From assembly GCA_050309605.1 (NCBI GenBank), contig JBNRMN010000067.1:96001-160000 (forward strand): a DNA stretch of 64,000 nucleotides. The letters are read 5' to 3'. The DNA comes from Anaerohalosphaeraceae bacterium (GTDB taxonomy: Bacteria > Planctomycetota > Phycisphaerae > Sedimentisphaerales > Anaerohalosphaeraceae). The translations under genes and the position numbers were made by a program. Every line of letters starts with the position of its first letter. Within the stretch, counting starts at the first letter, position 1. The notes beneath the pieces were generated by a model. It worked only from the letters and a program-made list of their open reading frames with translations. It made no database searches and had not been told where the DNA came from. This document shows positions 28,785-39,134 of this stretch, in pieces.

Positions 28785-28835
28785 AAGTATCAATTATAGT
28801 CCCTGTACCGTAGTCGTCAAGTCTTCGCGCCAAGG

Positions 28836-29438
28836 CTAAAAATTCGTGCGGCCGAGGATGGCGTCCTGCAGGATGGATGATGCGGCAAACTCGATGGCCG
28901 AGCCGGCCGGCAGCCCGCGCGCCAGCCGTGTCACCTTGACCTTCATATTGCGCAGCAGCGAGTGAATATACAGTGCCGTACCGTCGCCTTCGAGGTTGGG
29001 GTTGGTGGCCATCACCACCTCGCCGACGCCGCCGGCGCGAATGCGTTTGACCAGTGCGTCAATCGTCAAATCGTCCGGCTCAATCCCTTCCAGCGGGGCG
29101 ATATGCCCGTTGAGTACATGATAGACCCATTGGCACAGGCCGGTTTTTTCGAGGCTGATCACGTCCTTGGGCTGTTCCACGACGCAAATCACACTGTGGT
29201 CGCGGCGGCTGTCGGCGCAGATGCCGCACAACTCGGCCTCGGCCAGATTGAAGCAGACCCGACATTGACGAATGTTTTTTTTGACATCGCTGATCGCCTC
29301 CGCCAGCGCCATCGCCTCATTCGGTTCAGCTTTGAGGATATGAAACGCCAGCCGCTCAGCCGTCTTGGGGCCGATCCCCGGCAGCTTGCCGAACTGTTCA
29401 ATCAATTCATTCAGGCTTTGGGTATAGGCGGGATTCAT
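28836..29438 (-). CDS. recR: Recombination mediator RecR
   Basis: LPGIGPKTAERLAF, C4 zinc finger, ICVVEQPKD, ATNPNLEGDGTA Toprim. Confidence 0.98.
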   Translation of the reverse strand: MNPAYTQSLNELIEQFGKLPGIGPKTAERLAFHILKAEPNEAMALAEAISDVKKNIRQCRVCFNLAEAELCGICADSRRDHSVICVVEQPKDVISLEKTGLCQWVYHVLNGHIAPLEGIEPDDLTIDALVKRIRAGGVGEVVMATNPNLEGDGTALYIHSLLRNMKVKVTRLARGLPAGSAIEFAASSILQDAILGRTNF

Positions 29439-29441
29439 ACG

Positions 29442-31202
29442 CTACTCCGTTAATTCCTCAGGCTCCCGCGGCACATCCGGCACATCCGGCAGCTCAACCT
29501 TCTGAATATCAATCAGTCGGGCATTCAGCCCCAGCAGCACCATCTTGACCTGCGGATCGTTGAGCAGTTCGTTTCGCTCCTGCCGGCCGGGTCGAGCGGA
29601 GGTATCGGCCGGGGCGGGTGCGTCGGTGGCAGCACCGGCAGATAGCCCAGTACTTGTCGGGCTGAGCCGGCTTTCCGTTGACGCCGGACTGGTTGACGCC
29701 TCAAACGCGATGCGCATCGGCTGGCCGGCCATTGATGAGAGTATCTTTTCAATCGCCCCCTTGCGATTCTCACAGATGCTGCGGGTCATCGCGCCGGCGC
29801 CGTTGTTGGGAAATGCCAATTGCAGCGTTTGTTCATTGACCGCGACCGCTTGCGTCTGTGGCAGCATCGCAGCCAGCCCACCCCCCACGGATTGGCCGAT
29901 CTGCTCGGCCGTCTGCGGCCATTGCCGGCAAATCGCCTCAGCGTCCCTTGAGCCACGAACGGGCTGCACATCACGTGCCCTCTGCCCGGTGTCGCACGAA
30001 CGGTCGAACGGTCGGTCAGCCGAGGCGGTCAGGGATTTTTTTTTTACCTCCATCGCAGCGGCTGGGGTCTTGCGAATCTGCGCGGCCAGTTGATCCAGAC
30101 CGATGAAATGCTCGCTTAGCGCCAGTCGCAGCAGCGACGCCTCCAGCAGCGCCCGGCTGGTTTCGCTGTTCTTGAGCGTCCATTGCAGTTTTTCAAGAGC
30201 GGTGATACCGTAAACCAGTCCCGCAATGTCAAATTGCTCTGCCAGTTGAGCCAAATCCGTACGCTCCTCGTTCGTCAGTGTCAGCAGGGGACTGTCTTTG
30301 CCGGCGCACCGGAAAATCATCACCTCACGCATCACCTCGATCATCGCCTCGCAAATCTGGCTGGCGCTTTGACCGGTCAGCAGCATTTCGTTTAAGCGCT
30401 CCAGCACACCCGCGCCGTCGTGCTCGGCGATGGCCGTCAGCAAGTGCGTCAGTTTTTGTCGGTCGGGAATACCGAGCAGGTCGATCAATTGTCGGGCATC
30501 CAGCGGCGGCGTGCCGGCACTGATGAGCTGGTCCAACAGACTCAGCGCATCGCGCATCGACCCGTTGGCCAGCCGCGACAGGTGCACCAGCAAATCCGGC
30601 TCAAACGCAATACCCTCATCGCCGAGAACCTTGCTGATTTGTTGACTGATTACCTCCGGCGGGATATTGTGAAAATCAAACCGCTGACACCGCGACTGGA
30701 TCGTCGGCAGCACCTTGTTCGGCTCGGTTGTGGCGAAAATGAACTTGACGTGTTCCGGCGGCTCTTCAAGAATCTTCAGCAGGGCGTTGAAGGCCCCGGT
30801 ACTGAGCATATGGACTTCGTCGATGATATAAATCTTGAACCGGGCGCGGGCCGGTCGATAGGCCGCATTTTCCCGAAGCTGGCGGATGTTATCGACGCCG
30901 GTGTTGGACGCCCCGTCGATCTCGATGACGTCGATGTCATCGCCGGTGTTGATGTTGACGCAACTGTCGCATTTCAGGCATGGCTGGGCGGTCGGGCCGT
31001 CGGCGGCAAGACAATTGAGCGACTTGGCCAGAATTCGCGCCATCGTCGTCTTGCCGCAGCCCCGCGTTCCGCAGAACAAATACGCATGCGCCACCCGCCC
31101 CCCGGCAATCGCATTGCGCAGCGTTCGGGCCACCACGTCCTGCCCCAGCACGTCGTCAAACGTCTGCGAACGATACCTGCGTGCCAATACCGTATATGCC
31201 AT
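29442..31202 (-). CDS. dnaX: DNA polymerase III subunit gamma/tau
   Basis: YTVLARRYRSQTF, GTRGCGKTT, EIDGASN, IIDEVHML, TIQSRCQ, GSMRDALSLLDQ. Confidence 0.98.
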   Translation of the reverse strand: MAYTVLARRYRSQTFDDVLGQDVVARTLRNAIAGGRVAHAYLFCGTRGCGKTTMARILAKSLNCLAADGPTAQPCLKCDSCVNINTGDDIDVIEIDGASNTGVDNIRQLRENAAYRPARARFKIYIIDEVHMLSTGAFNALLKILEEPPEHVKFIFATTEPNKVLPTIQSRCQRFDFHNIPPEVISQQISKVLGDEGIAFEPDLLVHLSRLANGSMRDALSLLDQLISAGTPPLDARQLIDLLGIPDRQKLTHLLTAIAEHDGAGVLERLNEMLLTGQSASQICEAMIEVMREVMIFRCAGKDSPLLTLTNEERTDLAQLAEQFDIAGLVYGITALEKLQWTLKNSETSRALLEASLLRLALSEHFIGLDQLAAQIRKTPAAAMEVKKKSLTASADRPFDRSCDTGQRARDVQPVRGSRDAEAICRQWPQTAEQIGQSVGGGLAAMLPQTQAVAVNEQTLQLAFPNNGAGAMTRSICENRKGAIEKILSSMAGQPMRIAFEASTSPASTESRLSPTSTGLSAGAATDAPAPADTSARPGRQERNELLNDPQVKMVLLGLNARLIDIQKVELPDVPDVPREPEELTE

Positions 31203-31285
31203 ATTGATTTCCTATTTCAAATTTTCTATTTCAAATGTTCAGAAACGAAAATAGAAAATTGGAAATTGACAACCTAAAAAAAGGT

Positions 31286-31381
31286 GGTCGGGTTTGCCAC
31301 GCACAGCACCGCGAATGCTTATGGCTGCTCGGTTCCCCGCCTGACCAGATTCGCACCGGGCACTTGCATGGGACCCGACCC
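31286..31381 (-). ncRNA. ffs: Signal recognition particle RNA (small 4.5S type)
   Basis: Minus strand GGGTCGGGT...TCAGGCGGGGAACCGAGCAGC...ACCCGACC: domain IV motif with a GGAA loop, terminal stem, and the classic position upstream of dnaX-recR. Confidence 0.92.
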
Positions 31382-31602
31382 TGAAAAAGTTCAAACTGAT
31401 AAAAGATCCCATTCCCGCCGGATTTTGACGCGGATCTTTTATGCTCTCGTGTTCGTCCATCCTGATTGTAAAAACAGCAGTTTACACAAAAAACAGCGAT
31501 TTTCCACAAAAAACATTGCAGATCAACGATTTTTTGGATTATAATAACACTCGAATCGTGTTATGGCTAATATCAAGATCAAACCTCAAACGGAGTGGAC
31601 GC

Positions 31603-31785
31603 ATGAAGGTACGAATCGAAGACAGCTGCACCGCTTGCGGATTGTGTGTGGATACCTGCCCGGAAGTATTCGCAATGGGCGATTCCATCGCTGAGGTCAT
31701 TGTTGACGAAGTTCCCGCAGAATTGGAGGAAACCGTCCAGCAGGCCGCCGATGAGTGTCCGGTTGAGGCGATTGTCGTCGAGTAA
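31603..31785 (+). CDS. Single-cluster ferredoxin (60 aa)
   Basis: CTACGLCVDTCPEVF...AADECPVEAI; GGAG RBS. Confidence 0.93.
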   Translation: MKVRIEDSCTACGLCVDTCPEVFAMGDSIAEVIVDEVPAELEETVQQAADECPVEAIVVE

Positions 31786-31813
31786 CCGTCTGGATATTGA
31801 CTCCCATCCGCAT

Positions 31814-31850
31814 CCGCCGGTCGGCTGACCGGCGGGGTGTTTCTTTCCTT
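31814..31850 (+). terminator. Terminator-like hairpin after ferredoxin
   Basis: CCGCCGGTC/GACCGGCGG stem with a T-rich tail. Confidence 0.65.
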
Positions 31851-31988
31851 TGCAGAGCGGCCTTTGCGTGGCTTTTAATCCCTCCGTTTGGCGGTTGTCC
31901 TTCAAAGGCAATGAGCCGATAAAAGGCGGAGCCGAGTACGTGCAGGGCGCACGGGACGAGGTTGTATTTCTCAGAATCAGGAGGTTTA

Positions 31989-32807
31989 ATGGATAAAATA
32001 GGCATTATCGGGTGCGGCAATATGGCCGAAGCCATCATTAAAGGGCTTATCAGCTCCGGGCTGTACAAGCCCGATCGTATTATGGCCTCGGACGTTCGCG
32101 ACGAGCGGCTTCGTTATATCGCCGAGGAGTATCATATCAAAACGACCGCCCGCAATGAAGAGCTTGTCGCGCATGCGAAGGTACTGCTGATCTGTGTCAA
32201 GCCGCAAAATGTCAAAGCGATGCTCCAGGGCATCCGGGGCAAAACGCAGGACAATTCCATCATCATTTCGATTGCCGCAGGCATTACCACCGATTATCTG
32301 TCGCAGTCGCTGAGCAATTGTCAAATTATCCGGGCGATGCCCAACACGCCGGCGATGGTCGATGAGGGAGCCACGGCCATCTATTCGGCCAATGGCTCCG
32401 ACGCCGCGGTCGAGCTTGCCCTCCAGTTGTTCTCGGCGGTGGGGCGCGCCGTCGTGGTCAATCAGGAGCACCTCATCGATGCGGTAACCGCGATCAGCGG
32501 CTCAGGGCCGGCCTACTTTTATGTGCTGATGGAAGAGATGGTCAAGGCCGCCGTTGAGATGGGCATTCCGGTTGACAGTGCCGAGGAGTTGGTCTATCAG
32601 ACTGCCAAAGGGGCCGGCGTGCTGGCCAAGCAGGCCTATGCCCGCGGCGAAAGCCCCGCCGAGCTGCGCCGCAAGGTCACCTCACCCGGCGGCACGACCG
32701 AAGCGGCGATTGACGCCTTTAACAAACTCGGCCTGGGCAAGGTGCTGTTTGCCGGATTCGAGCGCGCCCGTCAGCGCAGCATCGAACTGTCGCAGGAAGC
32801 CCAATAA
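31989..32807 (+). CDS. proC: Pyrroline-5-carboxylate reductase
   Basis: IGIIGCGNMA, RAMPNTP, TAISGSGPAY, VTSPGGTT. Confidence 0.97.
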   Translation: MDKIGIIGCGNMAEAIIKGLISSGLYKPDRIMASDVRDERLRYIAEEYHIKTTARNEELVAHAKVLLICVKPQNVKAMLQGIRGKTQDNSIIISIAAGITTDYLSQSLSNCQIIRAMPNTPAMVDEGATAIYSANGSDAAVELALQLFSAVGRAVVVNQEHLIDAVTAISGSGPAYFYVLMEEMVKAAVEMGIPVDSAEELVYQTAKGAGVLAKQAYARGESPAELRRKVTSPGGTTEAAIDAFNKLGLGKVLFAGFERARQRSIELSQEAQ

Positions 32808-32831
32808 CGCTGCACGGAACGGCAGCGGCGG

Positions 32832-34460
32832 TCAGTCCATAAACGGATAACGATAATCGGTCGGCGGCGTGAATGCCTCTTTGATCGTCCGCACCGAGAC
32901 CCACCGCAGCAGGTTCAGCATTGACCCGGCCTTGTCGTTGGTACCCGACCCCCGTCCTCCGCCGAACGGCTGCTGACCGACGACGGCGCCGGTGGGTTTA
33001 TCGTTGATATAGAAGTTGCCCGCCGAATGACGCAGAACCTCAAGCGCCTGGGCAATGGCATAGCGGTCGCGGGCAAAGACGCACCCGGTCAGCCCGTAGG
33101 GACTGGTCCGGTCGCACAGCCCCAGCGCCGCATCGTAGTCGGCGTCGTCATAAATATACGCCGTCAATACCGGCGCGAATAGTTCCTGCTCCATCGTCTC
33201 ATAGTGCGGGTCGTCCGTTTCGATGAGCGTCGGTTCGATGAAGTAGCCCGTCCGGTCGTCGCATCCGCTGCCGACCAAAATGCGAGCCGACGAGCTGGCC
33301 GCGGCGCGCTCAATATACCCTTGGGTATTGGTGAAGGACGCTTTGTCAATTACCGCATTCATAAAATTGCCGAACGCCTGCGGCGGACCGACCTGAATGG
33401 ATTGAATCTGCTCAATCAGCGGTGCTTTGATGGTTTTCCACAAACTTTTGGCGATGTACATCCGCGACAGAGCCGAGCATTTCTGCCCCTGATATTCATA
33501 CGCGCCGCGAATGATCGCTGCAATGGTCGCCTCCGGGTCAGCCGAGGCGTGCGCGACCATAAAATCTTTGCCGCCGGTTTCGCCGACGATCCGCGGATAG
33601 GATTTATAGTCGGCGATGCGGCCGCCGATCGTCTTCCACATCGACTGAAAAACCTCCGTACTGCCGGTAAAGTGCAGCCCGGCAAACAGCGGCGAGGCTA
33701 ACGCCGGATCGCCCACATCCGCGCCGGAGCCGGGCACAAAGTTAATTACGCCGTCCGGCAGCCCCGCCTCCTGAAGGATTTTCATCACCCAATAGGCCGG
33801 ATACACCGCCGTCGATGCCGGTTTCCACAAGACCGTATTGCCAAGCATTGCCGGTGCCGTGCAGAGATTGCCGCCAATAGAGACAAAGTTAAACGGTGTG
33901 ACCGCAAACACAAACCCCTCCAGCGGGCGGTATTCCACGCCGTTCAGCGTCCCGGCGGGCGAGTAGAGCGGCTGATCCTTATACAGTTCCTGGATATACC
34001 AGGCATTGAATCGCCAAAAATCAATCAGTTCACATGCGCTGTCGATCTCGGCCTGATACACGTTCTTGCTGAGATTGAGCATCGCGGCGGCATTAGCCCA
34101 ATAGCGATATGTGCTGCTAAGCAGCTCGGCGGCCTTGAAAAAAATCGACGCTCGCTGCGGGAAACTGAGGTTTTCCCAGTCTTTTTTTGCCTTCTGCGAG
34201 GCCTCAATCGCCAGATGGACCTCCTTTGGACCGGCCTTGTGAAAATGACCCAGCGAGCGGCTGTGGGCGTGAGGCTGGATGCAGGGCTGAGTCTTGCCCG
34301 TGCGAATTTCCCGCCCGCCGATGATCAATGGAATATCCAGGGGTTCACCTTCCAGTTGCCGGATTGCTTCTTGCAGTAAACGGCGAGGTGTCGTGTCCGG
34401 CGCGTAGGAAAAAACGGGTTCGTTGACGGGCTTGGGAATATTGCTGACGGTATTGTACAT
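32832..34460 (-). CDS. pruA: L-glutamate gamma-semialdehyde (P5C) dehydrogenase
   Basis: QAEIDSACELIDF, TPFNF, FTGST, GETGGKDF, EYQGQKCSA, NFYINDKPTGAVVGQQPFGG. Confidence 0.95.
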   Translation of the reverse strand: MYNTVSNIPKPVNEPVFSYAPDTTPRRLLQEAIRQLEGEPLDIPLIIGGREIRTGKTQPCIQPHAHSRSLGHFHKAGPKEVHLAIEASQKAKKDWENLSFPQRASIFFKAAELLSSTYRYWANAAAMLNLSKNVYQAEIDSACELIDFWRFNAWYIQELYKDQPLYSPAGTLNGVEYRPLEGFVFAVTPFNFVSIGGNLCTAPAMLGNTVLWKPASTAVYPAYWVMKILQEAGLPDGVINFVPGSGADVGDPALASPLFAGLHFTGSTEVFQSMWKTIGGRIADYKSYPRIVGETGGKDFMVAHASADPEATIAAIIRGAYEYQGQKCSALSRMYIAKSLWKTIKAPLIEQIQSIQVGPPQAFGNFMNAVIDKASFTNTQGYIERAAASSSARILVGSGCDDRTGYFIEPTLIETDDPHYETMEQELFAPVLTAYIYDDADYDAALGLCDRTSPYGLTGCVFARDRYAIAQALEVLRHSAGNFYINDKPTGAVVGQQPFGGGRGSGTNDKAGSMLNLLRWVSVRTIKEAFTPPTDYRYPFMD

Positions 34461-34703
34461 TCGATTTCTCCTGTTCGGTTCCGTGATCGCTGCTGTCGCG
34501 AACGTGAGGGACTATCCCTCCCTGCAATAGTGATAACCGATTATCTGTTTGCGATTATTGTACACGCATGTGCCTCAAAAACAAGACAGAGACTCGAAAA
34601 CTTTGTTCCCAAGCGGTCTGTTTTCAATTACAATACCGGCGAGTGCCGGGACGATGCCGTGAACAAGACGGTTCAGTACGATTGAATATGTTACGGAGGT
34701 TTT

Positions 34704-37070
34704 ATGATGAGGTTATGTGTGCAGAAGATCACTGTTCGCCTGTGGATAGCAACAATCGGGTTTGTGTTGTGGGGAGTCGGCGCTTATGCCGAACGTCAGC
34801 AGACCCTGTCGCTGTGGTATCAGCAGCCGGCTCGACGCTGGACCGAAGCACTGCCGGTCGGCAATGGTCGGCTCGGAGCGATGGTGTTCGGGGGGGTCCA
34901 AAACGAGCGTATTCAATTGAACATCGATTCGCTGTGGGCCGGTCCCCCTGTCCCGCAGCCGCCGCAGGGCGCCTATGAGGCACTCGTCGAGGCGCGCAAG
35001 CTGTTCTTTGAGGATCAATACGCCCAGGCCGAACGTATCATCGCCCGTCGTTTTTTAGGGCCGCGGATTTCGCCGCGCAGTCATCAGACCCTCGGCGACC
35101 TGCGGCTGGAAATGCGATTACCCGACACCGACATCAACACCTATCGGCGGGAACTGAATCTGGATACCGCTGTGGCAACGACGACGTTTGAAGTGGACGG
35201 CGTTACCTATAAACGCGAAGTATTTGCGTCTGCGCCGGATGAGGTTCTGGTGATTTCGCTGACGGCGTCCGAACCGGCGGCACTGAACTTGACGGTGCGT
35301 CTGGACAGACCGGCCGATTATGAAACCGTCGCCGTCGGCGACAGTATGCTGATGATCAGCGGCCAAGCCTCTCATAATGGAAGCCATAAAGGCGTGCGTT
35401 ATCATGCGACGCTGTATGCCGATGTGTCCGGCGGACGAAGCACGACCGAAGGCAATGCGCTGGCGATTCACGATGCCGATGCGGTGCGTCTGCTGCTGAC
35501 CGCGGCGACCGACTACAATCAAGACGATCCTTACGATCCGTTGACCGATGACCTCCGCGCCCGATGCGGCGGACGGTTGCTCGAGGCCCTGGCCCAATCG
35601 CACGAGACCCTTAAAACCGCCCATATCGACGACCATCGGCGGTTATTCCGGCGGGTTGAACTGGATTTGGGCGGTTCAGAAGCGGCCCGCATACCGACCG
35701 ACAAGCGGCTGGAGGCCGTCAGCGGCGGCGCACACGATCCGGCCCTGGTAATGCTCTATTTTCAATTCGGACGCTATTTGCTGATAGGCTCCTCGCGTCC
35801 GGGGACGTTGCCGGCCAATCTCCAGGGGCTGTGGAATGAACACATCGAAGCGCCGTGGAATGCCGACTATCACATCAACATCAATATGCAGATGAACTAC
35901 TGGCCGGCGGAAGTGACCAACTTGTCCGAATGCCACGACCCGTTTTTTGATTTGGTCGAAGCCCTCATTCCCTCAGGACAGAAAACCGCCCAGGAAGTCT
36001 ATCGCTGTCGCGGGTTTGTCGCTCACCACACCACCGACGCCTGGCTCTGGACCACACCCATCGGGGCGCCGTGGTGGGGTATGTGGCCGTTCGGCGGGGC
36101 GTGGTGTACGCAGCATTTTATGGAACGTTACCGATTTACACGGGATAAAGCGTTTTTGCGCGACCGCGCCTGGCCGGTGCTTAAAGAGGCGTCGCTGTTT
36201 TTCCTTGATTATCTGGTTGAGGATCCGCGCACCGGCAAACTGGTCGGCGGCCCGTCAAACTCCCCGGAAAATACATTTATCGGCCCGGACGGCCAGGCGG
36301 CCAGTCTGGACATGGGCGCGGCGATGAGCCAGCAGATTGTCTGGGACGTATTTACCAATGCGCTGGAGGCTGCCGAGATCCTCGGCATTGACGATACGCT
36401 GGTCGCTGAGATTCGTGCTGCTCGGACCAACCTGGCGATGCCGCAAATCGCCCCCGACGGTCGCCTGCTCGAATGGTCGCGCCCCTTCGAGGAGCGCGAG
36501 CCGGGGCATCGGCATATGTCCCATGTCTATGCCCTGCATCCGGGGCGGCAATTCACAGTCGAGCAAACGCCCGATCTGATCGACGCGATCCGCAAGAGTA
36601 TTGATCATCGGCTGGCACACGGCGGCGGACATACCGGCTGGAGTCGGGCCTGGATCATCAACATCTGGGCGCGCCTCCGCGAAGCGCAAAAAGCCTATGA
36701 CAATCTGCACGCGCTGCTGGCGCACTCGACGCTGCCGAATCTGTTTGATACGCACCCGCCGTTTCAGATTGACGGCAATTTCGGCGGAACCGCCGCGGTT
36801 GCCGAGATGCTGCTGCAAAGCCATGCCGGGTATGTGCATCTGCTGCCGGCGCTGCCCACGACCTGGGCCGACGGCTTGGTCAAAGGCCTGTGCGCCCGCG
36901 GGGGATTTGTGGTGGATATGCAGTGGAAGGACGGTCGGCTGACCGAAGTGCGACTGTTTTCTCGACAGGGCGGATCCTGTATTGTCCGTTACGGCGATCA
37001 AATCGCTGAAATCCATACGACTCCGGGACAAACAGTCGTACTGGACCGCCATTTGGCGATTCAGCGGTAA
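34704..37070 (+). CDS. GH95 family alpha-L-fucosidase-like glycoside hydrolase
   Basis: [62 protein letters not shown]; signal peptide. Confidence 0.95.
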   Translation: MMRLCVQKITVRLWIATIGFVLWGVGAYAERQQTLSLWYQQPARRWTEALPVGNGRLGAMVFGGVQNERIQLNIDSLWAGPPVPQPPQGAYEALVEARKLFFEDQYAQAERIIARRFLGPRISPRSHQTLGDLRLEMRLPDTDINTYRRELNLDTAVATTTFEVDGVTYKREVFASAPDEVLVISLTASEPAALNLTVRLDRPADYETVAVGDSMLMISGQASHNGSHKGVRYHATLYADVSGGRSTTEGNALAIHDADAVRLLLTAATDYNQDDPYDPLTDDLRARCGGRLLEALAQSHETLKTAHIDDHRRLFRRVELDLGGSEAARIPTDKRLEAVSGGAHDPALVMLYFQFGRYLLIGSSRPGTLPANLQGLWNEHIEAPWNADYHININMQMNYWPAEVTNLSECHDPFFDLVEALIPSGQKTAQEVYRCRGFVAHHTTDAWLWTTPIGAPWWGMWPFGGAWCTQHFMERYRFTRDKAFLRDRAWPVLKEASLFFLDYLVEDPRTGKLVGGPSNSPENTFIGPDGQAASLDMGAAMSQQIVWDVFTNALEAAEILGIDDTLVAEIRAARTNLAMPQIAPDGRLLEWSRPFEEREPGHRHMSHVYALHPGRQFTVEQTPDLIDAIRKSIDHRLAHGGGHTGWSRAWIINIWARLREAQKAYDNLHALLAHSTLPNLFDTHPPFQIDGNFGGTAAVAEMLLQSHAGYVHLLPALPTTWADGLVKGLCARGGFVVDMQWKDGRLTEVRLFSRQGGSCIVRYGDQIAEIHTTPGQTVVLDRHLAIQR

Positions 37071-37140
37071 GGGATCACACAACGGCTTTTCATCGCGCTA
37101 ATGTATGCAAATTGGCGCGATTTTTTTAAAATTATTATCA

Positions 37141-37173
37141 AACTTCGCGTTTTCGGCGGCGTCATCATCTATG
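37141..37173 (+). promoter_or_regulatory. ECF-type promoter-like motif, copy 1 (upstream of the ECF sigma gene)
   Basis: AACTTCGCGTTTTCGGCGGCGTCATCATCTATG; AAC-N16-CGT; nearly identical to the copy at 43077-43110 on the minus strand. Confidence 0.6.
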
Positions 37174-37323
37174 GAAACTTGCATACAGTCGGAAAAAATC
37201 CGGATTTTTTGGCTCTTTGATAATGAAATAAACACAGACAATGCTATTCTGTCATCGGATCGGATTGATTATTTCTCTTAAAAAGCGTAGAATGAGAGAA
37301 AAACGACCTGCCGGCGGTGCATC

Positions 37324-37863
37324 GTGGAGAGTGAACAAACAAGAACGCCTCAGAATATGTCCGATAATGTAGATAAGGCTGCGCGTTTGTTTGCAGAACA
37401 GGAAACGTTTATCCGAGGAACCATCGGCTATTTTGTCAGCGACCGACAGGAACGGGAAGACATTTACCAGGAGTTGTTTGTTTATTTTGTCCGAAAACCG
37501 ATTCCTGAGGACATCTGCCGTCTCAGAACATGGCTGTATCGAGTCATTTTAGACCGCATCCGTGATCGAAAGCGTTCTCAGGCCCGTTACCAGCAGCATC
37601 TTCAGGCGTATGCCCAACAGCAGCTCAAAACGGAAATGCCGCCGCAGCGGGCTGTCGATCCCGACCAGATAGACGCATTGTTTGCTTTGATTCAGGAGCA
37701 TTTATCCCCCCATGAAGCGCGGGCAATTCGCTATAAATTTGTCCACCACTTGACTGTTCAACAGATCGCCCGCTCTATGAAGGTTAAATCCACCACCGTG
37801 TCGAATTATTTGGCGGTCGGGCTGAACAAGCTCCGAGCCTTACTGGACAAGGATGACACATAG
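37324..37863 (+). CDS. ECF RNA polymerase sigma factor
   Basis: EDIYQELF, RTWLYRVILDRIRD (region 2); LSPHEARAI...QIARSM...TVSNYL (region 4); the start may be ATG 37357. Confidence 0.88.
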   Translation: MESEQTRTPQNMSDNVDKAARLFAEQETFIRGTIGYFVSDRQEREDIYQELFVYFVRKPIPEDICRLRTWLYRVILDRIRDRKRSQARYQQHLQAYAQQQLKTEMPPQRAVDPDQIDALFALIQEHLSPHEARAIRYKFVHHLTVQQIARSMKVKSTTVSNYLAVGLNKLRALLDKDDT

Positions 37864-37880
37864 TCTGAAGGAGACACATT

Positions 37881-39134
37881 ATGGAATGCAAACAGGTTTG
37901 TGAATATTATTACAGTTATCTTGAAAAAGCGTATGAGTCCATCCCGCCGGCGCAGTTGAGCCATCTTCAGTCCTGCACGGCCTGTCAGCATGAAGTGGAA
38001 CGGCTGGCTCAGTCTCTTGCGGCCTCGGCCGAAGTGCAGAATCCGGCCTCGTGTCACTATCTGGCGCTGCATTACCGCATGTTGGGGCAATGGGTCGATT
38101 GTGCCGCGGCCAAGCCTTTTTTGCCCTGTCTGGCGATGGCGTCGCTGCCGCTGCACGCCCACACGCCGATCACGGCACATCGGGACGCCTGTTCGGCGTG
38201 CCGAGCCGACCAGGAGGCCATTGCGTCTTTGCATCTGTCCGATGAGCAATTGATGGATGCGTCGCGTTTTCTGGCCGGGCGCGGCGAGCTTGCCGAGGGC
38301 ATTTGCGAACAGGCACGGACCGTGCTGACGGCGATTCGCCGGCGGTCTTTGTCCGTCGTATTGACGCGCGCGTCGTTTTCCGAACCGGATGAGTCGAATG
38401 CGTTGCAGGTCGAGATCGCCGATGTTTCCTCGAAGCGGGCAAACGTTGCCTCTCGGCGCATGCCTCGACTGGTCGCCGCGACCGCGATGGCGGCGATGCT
38501 GATGGTGGCGGTGTTATTGTTTGTCCGATTGCCCTCGGTTGAAGCGCTGGATTTGCAGCGGTTCTATAACGCACTGGCGGATGCACAGACCATTTTGATT
38601 CGGACGGCTGTCCCCGAAGAAGACGCCCCCGTGCAGCGGATTTGGATTTCCCAGGCGCACGGACTGCGGCTTTTTGAGTCGCCGGAAAAAACGGTTTTGT
38701 ATGACGTTAATACCCAACGTCTGCTCCGGCGGGACAGCGCCCATTCCGGCGCGCAGGCAATACACGTTGCCGTCGCGGGCGCACCGGACTATCTGCAGCT
38801 TCCCTGGGGGCTGCTGCCGTTCAAAGACATTACCCAGTTGTCCGAGCATTGTCAGTGGACGCGACTGGATGACTTGTCCGATGAGCGGACCGTCGTTTAT
38901 GAGCTGTTCTGGGCCGAGACGATGTCCGCCGGTCGTGCCATTGAGAAAAAGTGGGTTGGATTTCTGGACAGAGCGACACATCTTCCCCACGCCATTCACC
39001 GATATGAGCGTCTTGCCGGTCAGTCGTCCTGGCGGCTGGTGATGACTACGGAAGTAGCCTATCCGGAGCCGTCGTCGGTGCTGGAGGCGGTGCGCAGCGC
39101 CCGCTTCGAGAGTTTCTACGGCGACCAGATGTAA
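37881..39134 (+). CDS. Putative anti-sigma factor: two HxxxCxxC zinc motifs, one TM helix, periplasmic LolA-like beta domain
   Basis: HLQSCTAC and HRDACSAC; TM LVAATAMAAMLMVAVLLFV; directly downstream of the ECF sigma. Confidence 0.78.
   Translation: MECKQVCEYYYSYLEKAYESIPPAQLSHLQSCTACQHEVERLAQSLAASAEVQNPASCHYLALHYRMLGQWVDCAAAKPFLPCLAMASLPLHAHTPITAHRDACSACRADQEAIASLHLSDEQLMDASRFLAGRGELAEGICEQARTVLTAIRRRSLSVVLTRASFSEPDESNALQVEIADVSSKRANVASRRMPRLVAATAMAAMLMVAVLLFVRLPSVEALDLQRFYNALADAQTILIRTAVPEEDAPVQRIWISQAHGLRLFESPEKTVLYDVNTQRLLRRDSAHSGAQAIHVAVAGAPDYLQLPWGLLPFKDITQLSEHCQWTRLDDLSDERTVVYELFWAETMSAGRAIEKKWVGFLDRATHLPHAIHRYERLAGQSSWRLVMTTEVAYPEPSSVLEAVRSARFESFYGDQM

Noticed and set aside
29438..29442. 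Absence of ybaB/ebfC between dnaX and recR
   Set aside because: Common lineage variation; only a 3-nt gap and no remnant
31400..31441. Hairpin upstream of ffs as a possible Alu domain of a large SRP RNA
   Set aside because: A single TAAAAGATCC/GGATCTTTTA stem with no Alu consensus and no complementary 3' arm after the core
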